DNA of 64,000 nucleotides from Glaucostegus cemiculus (taxonomy: Eukaryota): contig CDPCPM010000010.1 of NCBI GenBank assembly GCA_976551045.1, positions 2,170,001 through 2,234,000 of the forward strand, read 5' to 3'. Positions 1 to 14,176 of this stretch are shown here, one piece after another. How positions within the stretch are numbered: position 1 is the stretch's first letter; every line of letters begins with the position of its first letter. The translations under genes were made by a program, and so were the position numbers. The notes below the pieces were generated by a model. The model searched no databases. It saw only the letters and a program-made list of their open reading frames with translations, and had not been told where the DNA came from.

Positions 1-108
1 GTCTTTGCACATTCATTGCCAGAGGACAAAACAAGACTAAACGAGCAGATTTATGGGAAAGTCCATGGGCAAGATTCTCTGACAAGGGCAGCCTGTAGTG
101 AGATCCAT

Positions 109-374
109 AATTTAATTTAATTTTAATTTTTTAATTTTATTTACAGCGTGGTAACAGGCCCTTTCAGCCCAATGAGTCCACACCGCCCATTTTAAACCTC
201 CAAGTTAACCTGCCCGTACGTCTTTTAGAATGTGGGAGGAAACCGGAGCACCCGGAGGAAACTCACGCAGACACGGGAGAACGTACAAACTCCTTACAGA
301 CAGCGACGGGAATTGATCCCCGATTGCTGGTGCTGTAACAGCGTCGCGCTAACCGCTACGCTATCGTGCTACCC
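109..374 (-). mobile_element. Young tRNA-derived V-SINE (HE1-like), CR1-type tail
   Basis: Minus strand has A box TAGCGTAGCGG, an eroded B box, the V-domain GTTTCCTCCGGGTGCTCCGGTTTCCTCCCACA, a GGGCTGAAAGGGCCTGTT tail and (AAATT)n. Near-identical to copies at 11363, 16996 and 28872. Confidence 0.9.
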
Positions 375-737
375 AATTGTATACTGACCTCCAGCCATTA
401 CCCCTGGACAGATTGCAAGTGGCTCCCAGTGGTTCTGATGTCCAGCCTCTCCCTGCCTCTCCCTCTAGCTGTGGTGATAACACCAATAACATTCACAGGC
501 TTCGCTGGCCACTTGTGGTTGGAAAGGCTGTGCACTACACGCGGGCCAGATGATCTGCTGGGAGGCACCCCGCTCTTGGTGGAATGCACTGCGGTGCACG
601 TTGAGAGAAAGATGGTGCTCTGAAGGACATGTGGCCAACAGGTTTCATCAGCACACCGATCATCAGAAGATTTGGTCCATTGAAACCTATGTCAGAGTCA
701 GTGGAGCACTTGATCCATTGACACCATCTCACAAGCG

Positions 738-982
738 GAGATGAGGACATTTTCTTTTCTCTTGGACGGTTACGAATCTTTGGAATTCTATACCCCAGAG
801 AGCTGCACAGGTGGACTCATTGAATATATTCAAGGAGGAGATTAATGGGGATTTGAATTACAAGCAACTCATGGGGCATAGGGTGTAGGTGGAAGAGTGG
901 TATTGGGTCAAGTTTTGATCAGCTACGATTTTATTAAATGATGGAGCAGGCTTGAGGAATTGACTCATGCTCCTGTTTCTTA
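738..982 (+). mobile_element. CR1 LINE 3' end fragment
   Basis: GGAGATGAGG...TGGAATTCT...GAATATATTCAAGG...ATGGAGCAGGCTTGAGG...CTCCTGTTTCTTA resembles the 3' end of the CR1 at 42530-42780. Confidence 0.75.
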
Positions 983-1370
983 GCTTCTTTCCGCAAGCCA
1001 TCAGAACTGCAAACTCTCTCAACCCTCCATCTTCCTTTGTTAACACTAAGAGATGCTAGGTGTACAGAAATGCACCAGCACTTTAGATGCCAACACCAGC
1101 CCGTTCACTTTAAGAACTATTTATTTATTTACTGGCCATTTTTAATTTAATCTGCGTAATAATTCAATTTCAATCTCCATAGCTTCTAATGTGTAATGTT
1201 TTGTACTGTGTATTCTGCCAAGTGTGTATGTGTCTCTCTGTTGGCTGTTATGTTATTCTTTTTTTATGGGACGAGCACCTGAGGAGGACGGTATCTCGCT
1301 CCTATGCATACTATGTATGTATATGGTTGTGACAATAAAACTGATCCTGATTCTGACTCTGATTCTGATT
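981..1370 (+). mobile_element. Rex1/Babar LINE 3' end (5'-truncated)
   Basis: Starts with SFFPQAIR-coding sequence, then 3'UTR, AATAAA and a (CTGATT)n tail. Related to 5495-5967 and 39660-39870. Confidence 0.8.
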
Positions 1371-4300
1371 AAGTTGTTTTGTGCAGTAAGGATTCTTATG
1401 ACCACACAAAAGAAATTAAGATGAAGAGTGTTCTTGTTATCTTAGTGAAGCAGGGAAACAATCCAGCAAAATTCCAGGTTTGATCCTTGAGATGAGGATA
1501 TACAAGACTGCTGGAAATGTCGTGGTTCTCCTGAATCAAGCCGAGGTGGGCGTGGGGATGGGAGGGGTTAAGTTGGGCAAATCATGATTAGTGATGAGGT
1601 GGGACTGGTCAAATTAAATCAACACACCAAAGCTGTATCTGAATCCTGAGTTAGCATTCGGTATACTGTATTTATCGGTATCACTCTCACTGAAATCACC
1701 AGCTTTCATTTTACTTGATCCTTAGGAGACCAAGAGAAAATAATACTTATTGTAATATAACTTGTTTGTAATTTGTAGCTTTACAATGCATCTTCATAAA
1801 CCTGTTTTAATTAATATAATTACACATTGCTGAACAGTTTACATCTTCTATTGTAACTTGGATATTTTCAAAATAGATCTTGAAAATTTGACTTCGCAAA
1901 GGATATTTGAGCAGATTCCCTATGGTAAGTGGTGGGGAGTTGCTATAACTAACATAACTTCAAGGCAATGCCTTTCACAGAGAAATCCCAAGTTCCATGC
2001 ATAACCACTGATGTGTCCACGTAAAACCCAGGCTACTGACATTCCCTAAAGTTGTGGGACAGTAAGGCAAAGTCATTCACAAAACTCATGTCCACCTTCT
2101 GTTTCTCTACCATAATGGTTGATACCCATGATGTGATCATTCATTTTCATTCCCATGTCCAAAGGGTGCAGAATATATCCGGTGCATCAGATCATGTAGC
2201 AGCCGCAAGTGCCATCATGCCTTGTTCTCTGCCAAAACAACCCATTGTCTCAGGATAATTCGGGAAAACAAAGATAATGTCAGGCTTTTTTTGCACCAGC
2301 ATTTAGTTCCTCATACAACTTAGCTACCTCACCCCTCATCTCTAACAGCAGGTGTGAGAAACTGCTTTTTTTTTTAAATCTCTCCATCTTAGACCATTCT
2401 CTCTACAGATCTGTCTCTTTTTCAGTTTCTCTGTTGGTCTCTCCAGGCTCATTGGTCCTTGAGACATAATCTTCTCCCTTAACCCTCCTGCCCTGAGCCC
2501 CTAATCAACCACCTTCACTTCCTGATTGTATACTGGCTGAGGTTCAAAACCAGTTTTCTTTCCCCATAAATATTGTCCCCTTCCTTCCAAAACCATTGTC
2601 ATCAAATCTCTTGGAATCATTCGTCTTAGTGTTAGCCCTCATTATTTGTGGATCTGGGATCATCTTTTGTATATCAGAGACAAAACCCAACTCTGTCTTT
2701 CTATCTTCTCCAGCAACCGTTCTGCTGCTTGCATTATCAGAGTAATTACTTTGATTTCTGGTTTTGCAAGAACTGAAATTTCCTTCTAAACATTGTTCAG
2801 TGGATGACTTATTGAAAGTTGTGACTACCTGAGTTCCAATAGCAAGTTGTCGATTAAAAGGATAGCTAAGTCTAACAATGAAATGTTGACAATTAAGGTT
2901 AAAAATGTGACTGATACAAAACTGTAAAGAGAACTCCGTTTCAGTATGTTCATCAATCCTGGAATCCACAAATACGTTATTTTATAGGATAATTTGTCTT
3001 TGAAATTTTCCCCAATTAAGTTACTGATTTCTCCTTAAATTTCCTCTGTGTTAAGCAATAGTCAGGCTGTAAAATCTCATCAGGCTAAATAATGCTCAAT
3101 CCAACCCAACCAATATATAAGACATGCTGCACATGTGGACATCCTGCTGAGAAATTAATGTGGCTGAATTGGCTAGACCTTGAAAGTGGGCATGGTCTCA
3201 CAGACATTGGTAGCAGTTCAGGTCCAGTCAGCTCGAGCATATTCATAGTCAGACAACATGGAACCAGGCTATTCAGTCCATCACATCCATGCCAACCAGT
3301 AGGCACCCATCCATACTAATCCTATTTTCCAGCACTTGGCACATAACCTTCTCTATCAAAGCCTCTCAAGTATATGTGTATACATCTCTCATTCCCCTTC
3401 AGCGCAACACCACCCTTGTGTCAATTCCAGATACCACGCACTGGCCATGCATCGAAGGAAAAACAAGAATCTTCTGTGACTATGTCAGCAGTTCCATGTG
3501 GAGCTGTTGGGGTATTTCCCTGTGTAATTATGAAGAAGCTTGAGACTCCTGCAACAAAGGAACTCGCTTGTTCTCACTGTCTGAGGTCAAAGAGAACCGG
3601 TTAAGACAGCTCTGGACAAGTTTGAGAGGGTCTGGGGTAGTGGACATGAGCAAAGTGGGACCTTGGGACATGTCCACCTATTTAAACTCCTTCTACTGCT
3701 CAAAGGCAGGATTTGAAGGGTTCCATTCAGCTGGTGCACTGTGCAGTCACCACTTGTGAGCCAGAGCTGAATCCTGAAAATGGGAACAACCTTCCCGATG
3801 GAAAAGATTAAACCAATAAATTACAGTCTCAGTCTCTCCAAAGAAAAAACAAAGGTGGCAATTTGCAACCGTTGAACCTGTACCAGGTTGTGTCTTGCAC
3901 AAGTCTAATGAGTCTATTAGAAAACTGCATGCACAATTTATATTTCCGTGTTTTGTCCTAATTAATTAAGATATTTAATTCTTTATAAATGATATTTTGT
4001 TTAACTTCTTAATTTAAAAAACATGTATCTTTAACTTTTAAATGTTTTTTTTGAACATTTTTAAAAGTTTGCATTGAATGATATGGGGTATGAAGGAGCC
4101 CAGTAATTTGTGAAACCTGGAGACCATCGTTCCCAGTACAGAAGTGGTGGTCGGCTTCACTTATACAGTTATGGATCCAACCATGATGGTTGGTTTTTAA
4201 ACTTCCACTGCAGCACCAGCAACAGCAAATCAATGTTTGTCATCCTTTGCTGATCAGTTTACCGCCAATGCAAGCTCAGGGCTGTCTTCAGGCCTGTGGA

Positions 4301-4454
4301 TTATTGAGTGCAGAGAGGCTTTTGGGACTCCTTCGGTAATCTGGTAATTTGTACTCAAACCAACATCAACAGTCAATGCCTTCAATATAGCAAAATATTC
4401 CCAAAGTATTTTATAGGAGCATTATAAAACAAAAAAAGAATAACGTCGACGAGG

Positions 4455-4965
4455 AGGTATGTCACCACACTACGGTAAGGATGTGGTAGTGTTAGCAAGA
4501 CAGCAGAAGAGATTCCCCAGGACGTTGCCTGGAATAGAGGGCTTTAGTTAAGGGAGGTTTGATAGGCTGGGTTTGTTCTCGCTGGAGTGTGGAAGACTGA
4601 AGGGTGACTTTCTGCGAGATATGTAAGATGATGAAGGGCATGGATAGTGTAGATAATCAAAGCGTTTCTCCCAGGGTAAGGGTGTCTAAAAGACTAGAGG
4701 GCATGGGTTTAAGGTGAGAAGGGAGAAATTTAAAGGCAATCTGAGGGCAGGGTTTTCACACACAGGTGGTGATGACATGGAACGAGCTGCCGGGTGTTGG
4801 AGGTAGATACACTTGCAACATTTAAAAGGTAGGTACTTGGATAGGAAAGGATTAGAGGGTTATGGGCCTAATGAAGGCAAATGGAATTAGCATAGACAGA
4901 TGTCACTGTTGGAATGGACAAGTTGGGGTGAAAGGCCCTTTTCTGTGCTGTACAGCTCTATGAGT
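4455..4965 (+). mobile_element. Decayed CR1 3' fragment nested in an L2-like remnant (about 4370-5075)
   Basis: Degenerate CR1 ORF2 C-terminus (CACCACACTACGGTAAGGATGTG...AAGACTAGAGGGCAT...) and a GGGTGAAAGGCCCTTTTCTGTGCTGTA tail. Confidence 0.75.
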
Positions 4966-5494
4966 CTGTGAAGACAGAGGACAAAAGGCTTGGCAATTGA
5001 GGTAGGCTACAGGGGGTGTCTTAAAGGAGGAAAGAAAGATCAGAGAATTCTAAAGCTTAGAGCCTTGAAATAATGAGGAGAGTCTATAACTTGAGGCATT
5101 ACATAATCCAGAACCAGCATTGGTGAACAAGCACATAATTAATGAGTAAAGGAAGACAGGATTGCTGAGGCACGAGCTTGGGGAATGGTAGTGGCTCCCT
5201 ACCACATTGACCTGTTATCCTCCATGAGGAAGCATTGAATTTAGTAAATCTTCCTTCAGCATTCTCTGTAGACTCAAGCAGCTTGAAACAACTATATAGA
5301 CAGCAAAGTTTATGGAAGTGTTCCAACACTCAGTGGAAACACACAGCGACTACTAACCCATAAATGGCCATTGACCAATTTAAACAGTGTGAGGAAGGGA
5401 GTAGATGGTGGTGCATAGCTGGGGTTCATTAGTGGGGAGTCTTTGCTGCTTCTGAATGCATGTTGACTGCACAAAGGTTGAGAGAGGCCATCAA

Positions 5495-5967
5495 CTGAAT
5501 CAGAATCAGTTTTTATTGTCACTTCCACATACCCATTCAGCGTGCATGGGAGTGAAATACCGTACTCCACAGATCAAGGTGCTGGACACATTAAAAAAAA
5601 CAATGAGAGGCGCAAAGACAGAAAGACATTAATGACATTGGAACCGCAAAAATTAAATAGCGACTTGAGTAAACATTCTTAGAGTGAGCGTACTGAGGCA
5701 GCAGTCAATGAACATTTGAAGTGCTGGTGCATTTCTGTACGCCTAGCATCCTTTGGTGTTGGCGGGAGGGATGGAGGGATGAGGGAGTTCATGGTTCTGA
5801 TAGCTTGTGGGAAGAAGCTATTGCACAGTCTGGTAGTCCTTGCCTGGATGCACTGGAGCCTTCTTCCGGATGGCAAGAGTGTAAAGAGGTGGTAGGAGGG
5901 GTGAGAAGGGTCGGACATTATGTTTGTGGCCTTTCTGACACAACTGAAACATTGTGCATAAGATGGT
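5495..5967 (-). mobile_element. Rex1/Babar LINE 3' fragment
   Basis: ORF 5679-6041 contains IMSDPSHPSYHLFTLLPSGRR...ARTTRLCNSFFPQAIR, the characteristic Rex1/Babar C-terminus, followed by AATAAA and a CTGATT tail. Confidence 0.88.
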
Positions 5968-6849
5968 AATGATGAGGTTAAACCAGAATTGGACCTGACT
6001 GATGGCATGGCCAGAGTACTCTGCATACGTTCAGTGGACATTCACTGCTAAAACACTAATGGTCAAAGCATTAATATCTACCTGACAATATGTCAGTCAC
6101 CATCTGTTCCATTTCAGAGCTCGAAGGACATTTATAACACCCAAAAATCAGTCACAATGCCAATTTCTCACTATTTGTGGGATCATCGAATTTCATGGTG
6201 GATAGGCTTCTGGATTGCATAGGTACGGAGAGGAACATTTAATTTGATATAAAATCTGGTGTAAATTTTTGTCATGAGAGGTGATTATTTTAAATTGCCA
6301 TGTATGCATTTACCATTGTCTCAACTTGTCTTAATAACCTGAACTAGTTTAATGTTCTGGATTAATACTCACTTTATGTGGATTAAATGGATAGCTTTAA
6401 AAATTGCAATGTTTTATCATGTCCTTTGGCATGTTCTGATTCTTTCATATCAAATACCTTATATTTTTATAAATCAGCTATGTGTGTAACTTTGGCAGCT
6501 GATTTCCACACGGCAAGATGAAAAAGTGACGAGTTGGCATTATTTCTGGAAGTATTATCTGATCTACATTAAAGTGAATGTTGCTACCTGTATATGTGCA
6601 TTCTGGAGGATTATTCAATATAAAATGTAATAATCCTTTGAAAATCCCATAGTGAGGAATTGATTCATTGAATGATACTAATGATGTTGAAGTTCATAAA
6701 TGGCATACAAGGTGCATGTTCACCATTATGCGTGAGTCATGTTGGACATGATGTTAATGAGAATATTGAGGAGTATGTACACTGTGAACATCCACTGTAA
6801 GAACTTCTAGTATTTCTTCCAACAGTATTTTTGGATTGTTTTGTTTGTA

Positions 6850-7015
6850 CTTCATTTTAACTTCTCATCAGAAAATGGGTCCTCTCCTCTGACTATTCAG
6901 CATCCCTTAGGTTTGAACTGAGATACAAACTTAGATTGCGTGCTCAGCTTCTGGAGTGGAGTTTCAACTGAAGTATTCCAACATGAAGCAAAAGTCCCGT
7001 GAATTGAGTTAAGTA
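6850..7015 (-). mobile_element. Old Deu-type SINE head fragment
   Basis: Degenerate similarity to the head of the element at 43775-44195 (CACTCCAGAAGCTGAGCAC...). Confidence 0.45.
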
Positions 7016-8184
7016 GATATATAATTATCCATTTGAAAGAGTTACTGTGGTGTCCATTAATTTTGAATGAAAATTTTGCCTTGAGCTTTCAGATTCATAG
7101 GCATGTTCCGGTGGCAGAAACAGTTACTTGTTCACCTTGGTGAAGAGTCTGTCAAAGCAATATATAAATAGCTAAAAGGAAAATGAAATAACTTTTTTGA
7201 ACTGTAATCATCCCTCCAATATTTCTGCAACAGTATATTAGAAGCTTATATTTAAATTCTGTAACAAGTCTCTTATTCAGTATTAGAAATGCACAAAAAT
7301 TTTGTGGCAGATGTTCTGTAACTGAGACTGTGCAGCCAATTTAAAGTACAAATGATATTCTGCTCATGCTAGAAATTAATAGTATCATTATATTTGATTA
7401 TTTTCTCTTCAAATTTAAGTTAATCCAGTTCAAACAGCTATTCAGTTCATGCAAGGCCAAACATGTCATTCAAACTTGTTGTTTGAATTAGTTTCATTCT
7501 TTGCACACACACCCAAATTCAGACATAGATCTGATTATTCTAAAAAATGCAGTGTACCATGATATTCAATAAATTTTCCACTACAGAAATCCCTGCTAAT
7601 TGAAAATTTATGTACTACAATCAACTTATGCTGACAATACAAACATTTTAAAATCACAGTAGTAGCTCTTATTTAATAGCTGTTTCCCTATAAGCATATG
7701 GAGTTCTGCACATGATGTATGCATACATGTTTTTGTGATTATGAGCCCCAGGAACCCATCATTCATGGCAGCTAAAAATGTCTAATTTGGTGAAGTCATG
7801 CACAGGCTGGCTGCCTGCTGTGAGTTTGTATACAGACACCTTTGTGACCCTTTTTTTCTATTTCCTGAGCATGAGAAGTCCTTATTTTATGAACTCCAGT
7901 TATTACATTACTGAATGACCACTGTGCCCTCATTTATTGCCTCTTTTTTCACATCAATCCTTTGCTTTAGGAAGTACATCAATAACCAGGACAACGGTAT
8001 GAAGGCTTTCTGACTTTATGCAAGTAACTATTTGGTAGATATAATAAGGTGATCAATTTATTAACCCACTGCAAAATTTGACAAATGTAGAAATATCAAT
8101 TTCTCACATTTCTTGTATGTGTAAAAGAACTTTCCCATTTATTCTGCCAGGTGGAACATACTATTTATTACTACGACTATTTAA

Positions 8185-8686
8185 AGGAGATGGCCCCATG
8201 GTGTTTGATTTGCTGGCCTAGTAATCTAGAGGCCTGGACTAACTTCTGAAAACCCAAGTTCAAATCCTGGGGAAATTAAATCTGGTGAACTAAATAATAT
8301 GGAGTTTAAAAATATATATCCATCATGGTGACCATGAAATTACTGGATTGTCATATAAACCTATTTGGTTCACTAATGCTTTTTAGAGAAGGAAATGTTC
8401 TACTTTTATCTCCTGGCCTATATGTGACTCCAGCCCCACAGTGTTTGATTGACTTTTAATCAATCATTGAATTCTGAAATGGCTGAGAAGGCCAATCCAA
8501 TGTATCAAATCACTATGTTAAAACAGAAATTCTCTACTGTACAGAATGGTGGGAGTTCCTTTTCTAGCAGGTCTCGATTGCTTGAAGAAGGCAACTTGCT
8601 ATCACTTTTTCAAATATAATTAGTTATGGGCAGTAAATATTTACCTTGCCAGTTGTGCTCTCATCCGGTAAATGAATAAAGAAAAA
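8185..8686 (+). mobile_element. Old tRNA-derived SINE with a LINE-shared tail
   Basis: CTAGTAATCTAGAGG...B-box-like GTTCAAATCC...GGTTCACTAATG...GGCCTATATGTGACTCCAG core. The tail ATGGGCAGTAAAT...CTTGCCAG resembles the LINE 3' end at 56805-56900. Confidence 0.7.
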
Positions 8687-9511
8687 GTTCTTTGTGGGAC
8701 TCCTGCTAAAAGAAATGAACCTTTGAGTTCATAAATCCTAAAATGGCAGGGCTGAAGTTACAGTTGTAATTTGAGGTACTTGTTTTTATGACTAGCTTAT
8801 TTGGTCAGCACAGCAAGAAACAACTTCTTACTTATTAGTAATATGGTCACATTAATGTTTAATGTAAATATCATGACCAGGATATTGCTGATTTTTGCTG
8901 GTAGGTGGAACTCTGACACTTCTCAGCAAAAATTTACACAGGTTCAGAGACTTCCGTACAAATATGGAAGTCCCGAACTTACAGCAGCAGCACTCTGGCT
9001 GTGCTCGATGGGCTCGGAGCTTGTTGAGGTTCCCCATCATCCCCCAGTTCATGCCAAGAAATGTGTGCCAGACTAAACCTGATGCAGGACTCGCTGGCCC
9101 TTTCTGAGAGTGGATTGCAGGGCTGTGGAAATAAAATGGAAGAACAATGTAAATTATATTATTTTAATGTTTGGTATTTTAAATATTAAAGATAATTTTG
9201 AATTTAAAAAAATCATTTTTATTAGCCATATTTAGAAACATTCAAAACATGTGGACAGCTTTGACAGATAGCCAATCTGGGGGTGGGATTTTGCTGGCTG
9301 TCAAAGTCTTTCACAGGAATTTTTGGCCAGGATTGTTTTTGGTCCACCCACAAGACTCAGTTACAACTCTGGAAGTCCTTATACAGCTCAGGGGCTTGTC
9401 ACTTGGCCATGGGACCCATATGGGCAGTGATATTGGCCTTCTGGATCTGGAGAAGGTATGTTTTGGAGGATGGGGAAAACAAACAGTACAAACAAGTGTA
9501 CCCTCCCCTCA

Positions 9512-9514
<3 letters not shown>

Positions 9515-9594
<80 letters not shown>
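9515..9594. repeat. (GT)40 microsatellite
   Basis: Perfect dinucleotide run read directly. Confidence 0.99.
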
Positions 9595-9598
<4 letters not shown>

Positions 9599-10699
9599 CC
9601 ATTGTAATCTACATGGTATCTTTGAATTACAATGGATTCAATATAATTAACTACATGAGTGGTTGAACGTTACATTATATTACTGATGCCTATTTGTCTT
9701 TAGTGTTTGATGTTAAATGCAGTGTAAGTACTGAGCACTGTTCATTGTTTTCATCTACTTCATATTCATTTTCATCTTCATTGACAAATAAAGTGAAGCA
9801 AGCAGGGATGAGTACAACTGTTTGTTGATACTTTCATTTGATTTAGTAATAACAAAAAATTCTAATTTCTTCCCCCTCCATGAATTCAAAACATTCATTT
9901 GTTTAATGACTTTAACATCATTGATTATATGTAATTATTCATTAATATGTGAAAAATACAGTAGTTTTTAAGAATTGCCTGTTACTACCCAGTTGTCTAT
10001 TGAATTCTATTTCTTTTTGCTTTATGCTTTTGCGACAACGTCACAGAAGTATTTAGAGTTAATCTCGACCATTCGCTCGCAATAAAAATGCAGCTACATC
10101 AATATAACACATTTTAAACACTTTTCAGTCAGTAGTCCAGTTTCCATTAAAATGTAATACTTTTCAAAACAATAGCACAATTTTGTTTATTGATCTCAGC
10201 AGGTCTGGTTTTACAAGTATTGAAATGTTCATTGTTCCAGCACAAAATATAAATGAGATCTCCTCCTGTTGATAATTTAAATCTTAAACTCTCAGGGCTT
10301 CAGATTCTTGTAACAAATTCAGGCAGACTTCCAAGGATACATTTAGGCAACTTTATGCCTAACTGCAAAACAGATTCACAGCAGAAAAACTGCTGCAGCT
10401 TTCCCCTCTTTCAACTTTGCCCTGTTATAGATCGCCAGTTCTAGAATAGCAAATAGGTCTCCATGATGAAAAGTTCAACGCTTAGCTTCACTGGATTTCA
10501 TGTTGGATGACAAGAATTTGTCTACCAGCCAAACCCCATTGTGTTCTGGCCTTTTAAGGAATAAAAACATATGAAATTGTTCAGTTATATCCTCCAGCAG
10601 TATTTCAGATTACTTGAGCTATATTGATTTTATTAATATTTTGTGCCCTCTGAGAAAATTCACCTTTGAATAAAAATACCTGATACAGTAACTTTATAA

Positions 10700-12775
10700 T
10701 CTTATTGCCAGCGTTAGAGGGTAAATTACAGCAAGAAAAGGAAAGATTCTCTGAGGTATCAAGAGCTTAATATTTCAGAAAGCCCACCAGAGTATAGAAA
10801 GTGTAGGGGTGAAATTAAAAAGGGAAACTAGGGAAGCAAAGGGAGGGTACAGAATAAAAACTGACAAGATCATAGGTAATCCAAAGAGGTTGTATAAATA
10901 CATGCAATACAAAAGGAAAAAGTGGGGGCTATCTGGGACAAAAAAGGTAGCCTGTGTTTGGAGGTAGAGGATATGGGTGCGTTTCTTCCAGTATTTTCTG
11001 TAGTTGTCTCTGTAAAAGAATGGGTTGATGCTGATGTTGTGGAAACATGAAATGTAGGCTGGGATAAGCGGAATGAAAGAGGAAGTATTAAATTGCTTAG
11101 TATCTGTAAAAGTAAGTCATTGGATTAGTAGTAGTTAGCAAGGAAATCGTAATGTTTCGTACCATCATATTTCAAGTCACCCCAGATACAGGCGCAGTGC
11201 TCAAGGATTAGAGCACTGCTAACGTGGACAGCTAATGTAAATGGGGGAAGGGGGTAAGCAAAGTACTTATACGTCAGTTGGTTTAACTTTAGCACTGGGC
11301 AAATTCTTGGAATTAGTTCTTAGGGATAAAATAAACCTTTGTTTAAAATGGCACATATTAATTTTTTTTTAAATTTTATTTACAGCGTGTTAACAGGCCC
11401 TTTCGGCCCAACGAGTCCGCGCTGCCCATTTTAAACCCGCAAATTAACCTACTCATACGTCTTTAGAATGTGGGAGGAAACCGGAGCACCCGGAGGAAAC
11501 CCACGCAGACACGGGAGAACGTACAAACTCCTTACAGACAGCGACGGGAATTGAACCCCGATCACTGGCGCTGTAACAGCGTCGCACTAACCGCTACGCT
11601 ATCATGCCGCTGTTATTAATCAAGGCCAATCAGCATAGATTTGTTAAAGAAGGTTATGTCTGACTAAAGATGAAATTTCTTGAGGAGGTAACAGAGAGGT
11701 TCAATAGTGACAGTATATTTGATATTGTCTATCTGGATTTTAGTAAGACGTAGACAAAATCTCATCTGGCAGGCTGGCCAAAATGTTAAGGCCCGTCCGA
11801 TCTAAGGGAGTGAGGGAAATCGAATCCAATTCTGGCTCAGTGGCAGGAAGCAAAGATCAATGGTTGATAAGTTTTTTTTAGTCACTGAACTCTTCTCACT
11901 AGTGGGTTCCACCAGCTTCGTTTCTAGGTCCCATGCATTTTATAATGTATATTAATGAATCAGAAATATTTAGGGGGATTAAATACGCTTGCAAATGGTA
12001 CAAGAGTTGGCTGTGTAGTTGACTGAGAAGAACAACGTTAAACTGCAGAACGATATCTCGCCAGTTGGGCCAAAAAACCAGCAAAAGAACATCAATCTAG
12101 AAAAGCCTGAGAGGGTTAATTCAGGGAGATACAATAAGGTAAAGAATCACACAATAAATAGAAAGGTACAGGAAGATGAAGAACAGAGGGATCTTGTCTA
12201 CATATCCTGAAAAGATGGTTTAAAAGGCAAACAAGATGTTTTCCTTTATTAGCTGAAGCATATAACAACAGGGGGATCATGCTAGAATTGATATGAGGTG
12301 TCAGATTGAGTACTATACACAGTTCTAGTTACTATGTTATAGGAAAAGATGTAATTGAACTAGAAAAGGTGCAGAGGACTTTTGGAGAGACATGGTTAGG
12401 ACAGGAAACATTCACTTTGAGGCAAGATTTGATTTTCTTTGCAACAGAGGAGGCCGAGAGAAGACGTAATTAAGGTGTATAAAATTTAAAGAGAATTACG
12501 TATCTATTGGGGAATGATCAATTTCTCCAAGCTGAGGACATAGATTTAAAGTAATCAGTAGAAAGCTCACAGGGGAAAAGAGGAAATACCTTTTCGCAGA
12601 GAAGATGGTATGTGGGAGGGACTCACTACCTGAAAGGTGGAGGCAGAAACTCTTTTCACATTTAAAAAAACACCCAGCAGTGGAACTGGTCCTGGAGGAT
12701 GGAATTAGGCTGAGCAGCTTTTATCCAACAGGTCCAGACACAATGGACTGAATGGTCTCCTGTGTGGTAAATCTT
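10700..12775 (+). mobile_element. Heavily decayed CR1 ORF2 and 3' end, interrupted by a SINE
   Basis: Recognisable remnants of the [24 protein letters not shown] and GVP..S.LGP motifs, plus a CR1 3' tail. Confidence 0.8.
11363..11613 (-). mobile_element. Young V-SINE with 7-bp target-site duplication
   Basis: A/B boxes and V-domain. Flanked by TATTAAT at 11356-11362 and 11614-11620; removal rejoins the CR1 sequence. Confidence 0.93.
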
Positions 12776-14176
12776 CAATGAATGTACAATACAATTGTCT
12801 AATTAGGTTGGAGAGAAGATTCAAAAGACCACTGTTCTCGTTCAAACTCTTTATTACTTGATCCGAGGGGACAGCACCAAATCAGGCACCTATATCCTGA
12901 TTCAGGTGGTCTCCGCAATACATTGAGCTACATATACTCTTATACTTCTTCAGAGATGCACACAAGTGCCATATTAGGAATGATCATGCATCAGTCAGGC
13001 AGCATGGCCCTTATTTTCTACATTGTGATTGGTTACAGACAAAAAAATATACTTAAAATATTTACTATTTTTTCTAAAGCAAGTTATAGTTCCTTAATCT
13101 TTTTCAGACCATCCGCTTCCACTGATTATCTTTGTATACAGGGTCCTCATGGTCAGTTTAGTGGAGCAAGAGTCAATTATGCAGATTTGCTTAGACAGAA
13201 ACTGGTACTGTCATACCTCAAGAAAACAAGCTGAAGCAAGCAAAATCTCTGGAGCAAGGCACTGCAGAGCGAAGCACAGCTATTTCAAGCAGTTTTATTA
13301 CAGCCTTAATGATGTACCCTTTAATCCACGTCTCAGGGCTCACAATCTTTTACTCTCCTATACACATTCTTGTACCTTATACACACTCTCACAATGAGAT
13401 ATGGTGAAAAATGCAAAATAAAATCAAAGTTAAGTGTTCATTTTGCAAGAAGTAACAATTGTGATTATATCACAAAATACATTTGGGAAGAATGCTGAGC
13501 AGAATAGACATAGGTCAAAAAATTCTATCACATATTGCAATGTTTCACTGCATCATTGAAAAGAATTTTGTGTGAAGTCAGTGCTCTTCCAGGCGTTGGG
13601 ACTAGGTGGTCCTTGAATAAGATGCGCATACACTCAGAGGTTATTGGGTATGTCAGGTCAGATACAGTGCATATTGATGTCAGCATGGGCCTCAAGCACT
13701 GAAGTAACATTGGGGGATTGAGGCCCAGTCGGTGTTTGTCAAAAGGTCACTCCGACATGGATGCTGGCACCAGGTGTTTATTTTCCTCTCAGTTGCCTTC
13801 TTCTTTAATATTACAACAATTCCTTCATCCTACAGATGCTCCTCTGACCTCTTCTTAACTCTTTTTTTCTCATTCCCTTTTCTCAATCAAGCATCTCCTC
13901 AGACTCTCAGTGAGCACCTCTTTGTGGTCCCAGATCACCTCTTCTGCTCTTCCCCAATCAGCTGTTGATACCCCCTGTATTCATCTCCATGGAACCCTCC
14001 CTTGATTATCTCTCCAACTCCTCCACCTGACCATATCCCCAAGCTGCCCTATAATCAGCTCCTTTGGGATACTTTCCCCACTACAGGTCTTGCCTCCGGT
14101 CTTCACATCTGCCCACTCACCCAAATCCTCTCTCCACTTATCCACCTAGTCTTCTCCACTGATTATCCACTGTTTA

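Noticed and set aside
2050-2969. 141-aa minus-strand ORF (2544-2969) and an adjacent purine-rich stretch with a faint gag-like phrase (GLRAGGLREKIMSQGPMSLER)
   Set aside because: Non-ATG start, no clear domain, multiple stops and no LTRs seen. A profile search would be needed to say anything.
9198-9666. ORFs with (CV)n or (HT)n runs
   Set aside because: They are translations of the (GT)40 microsatellite.
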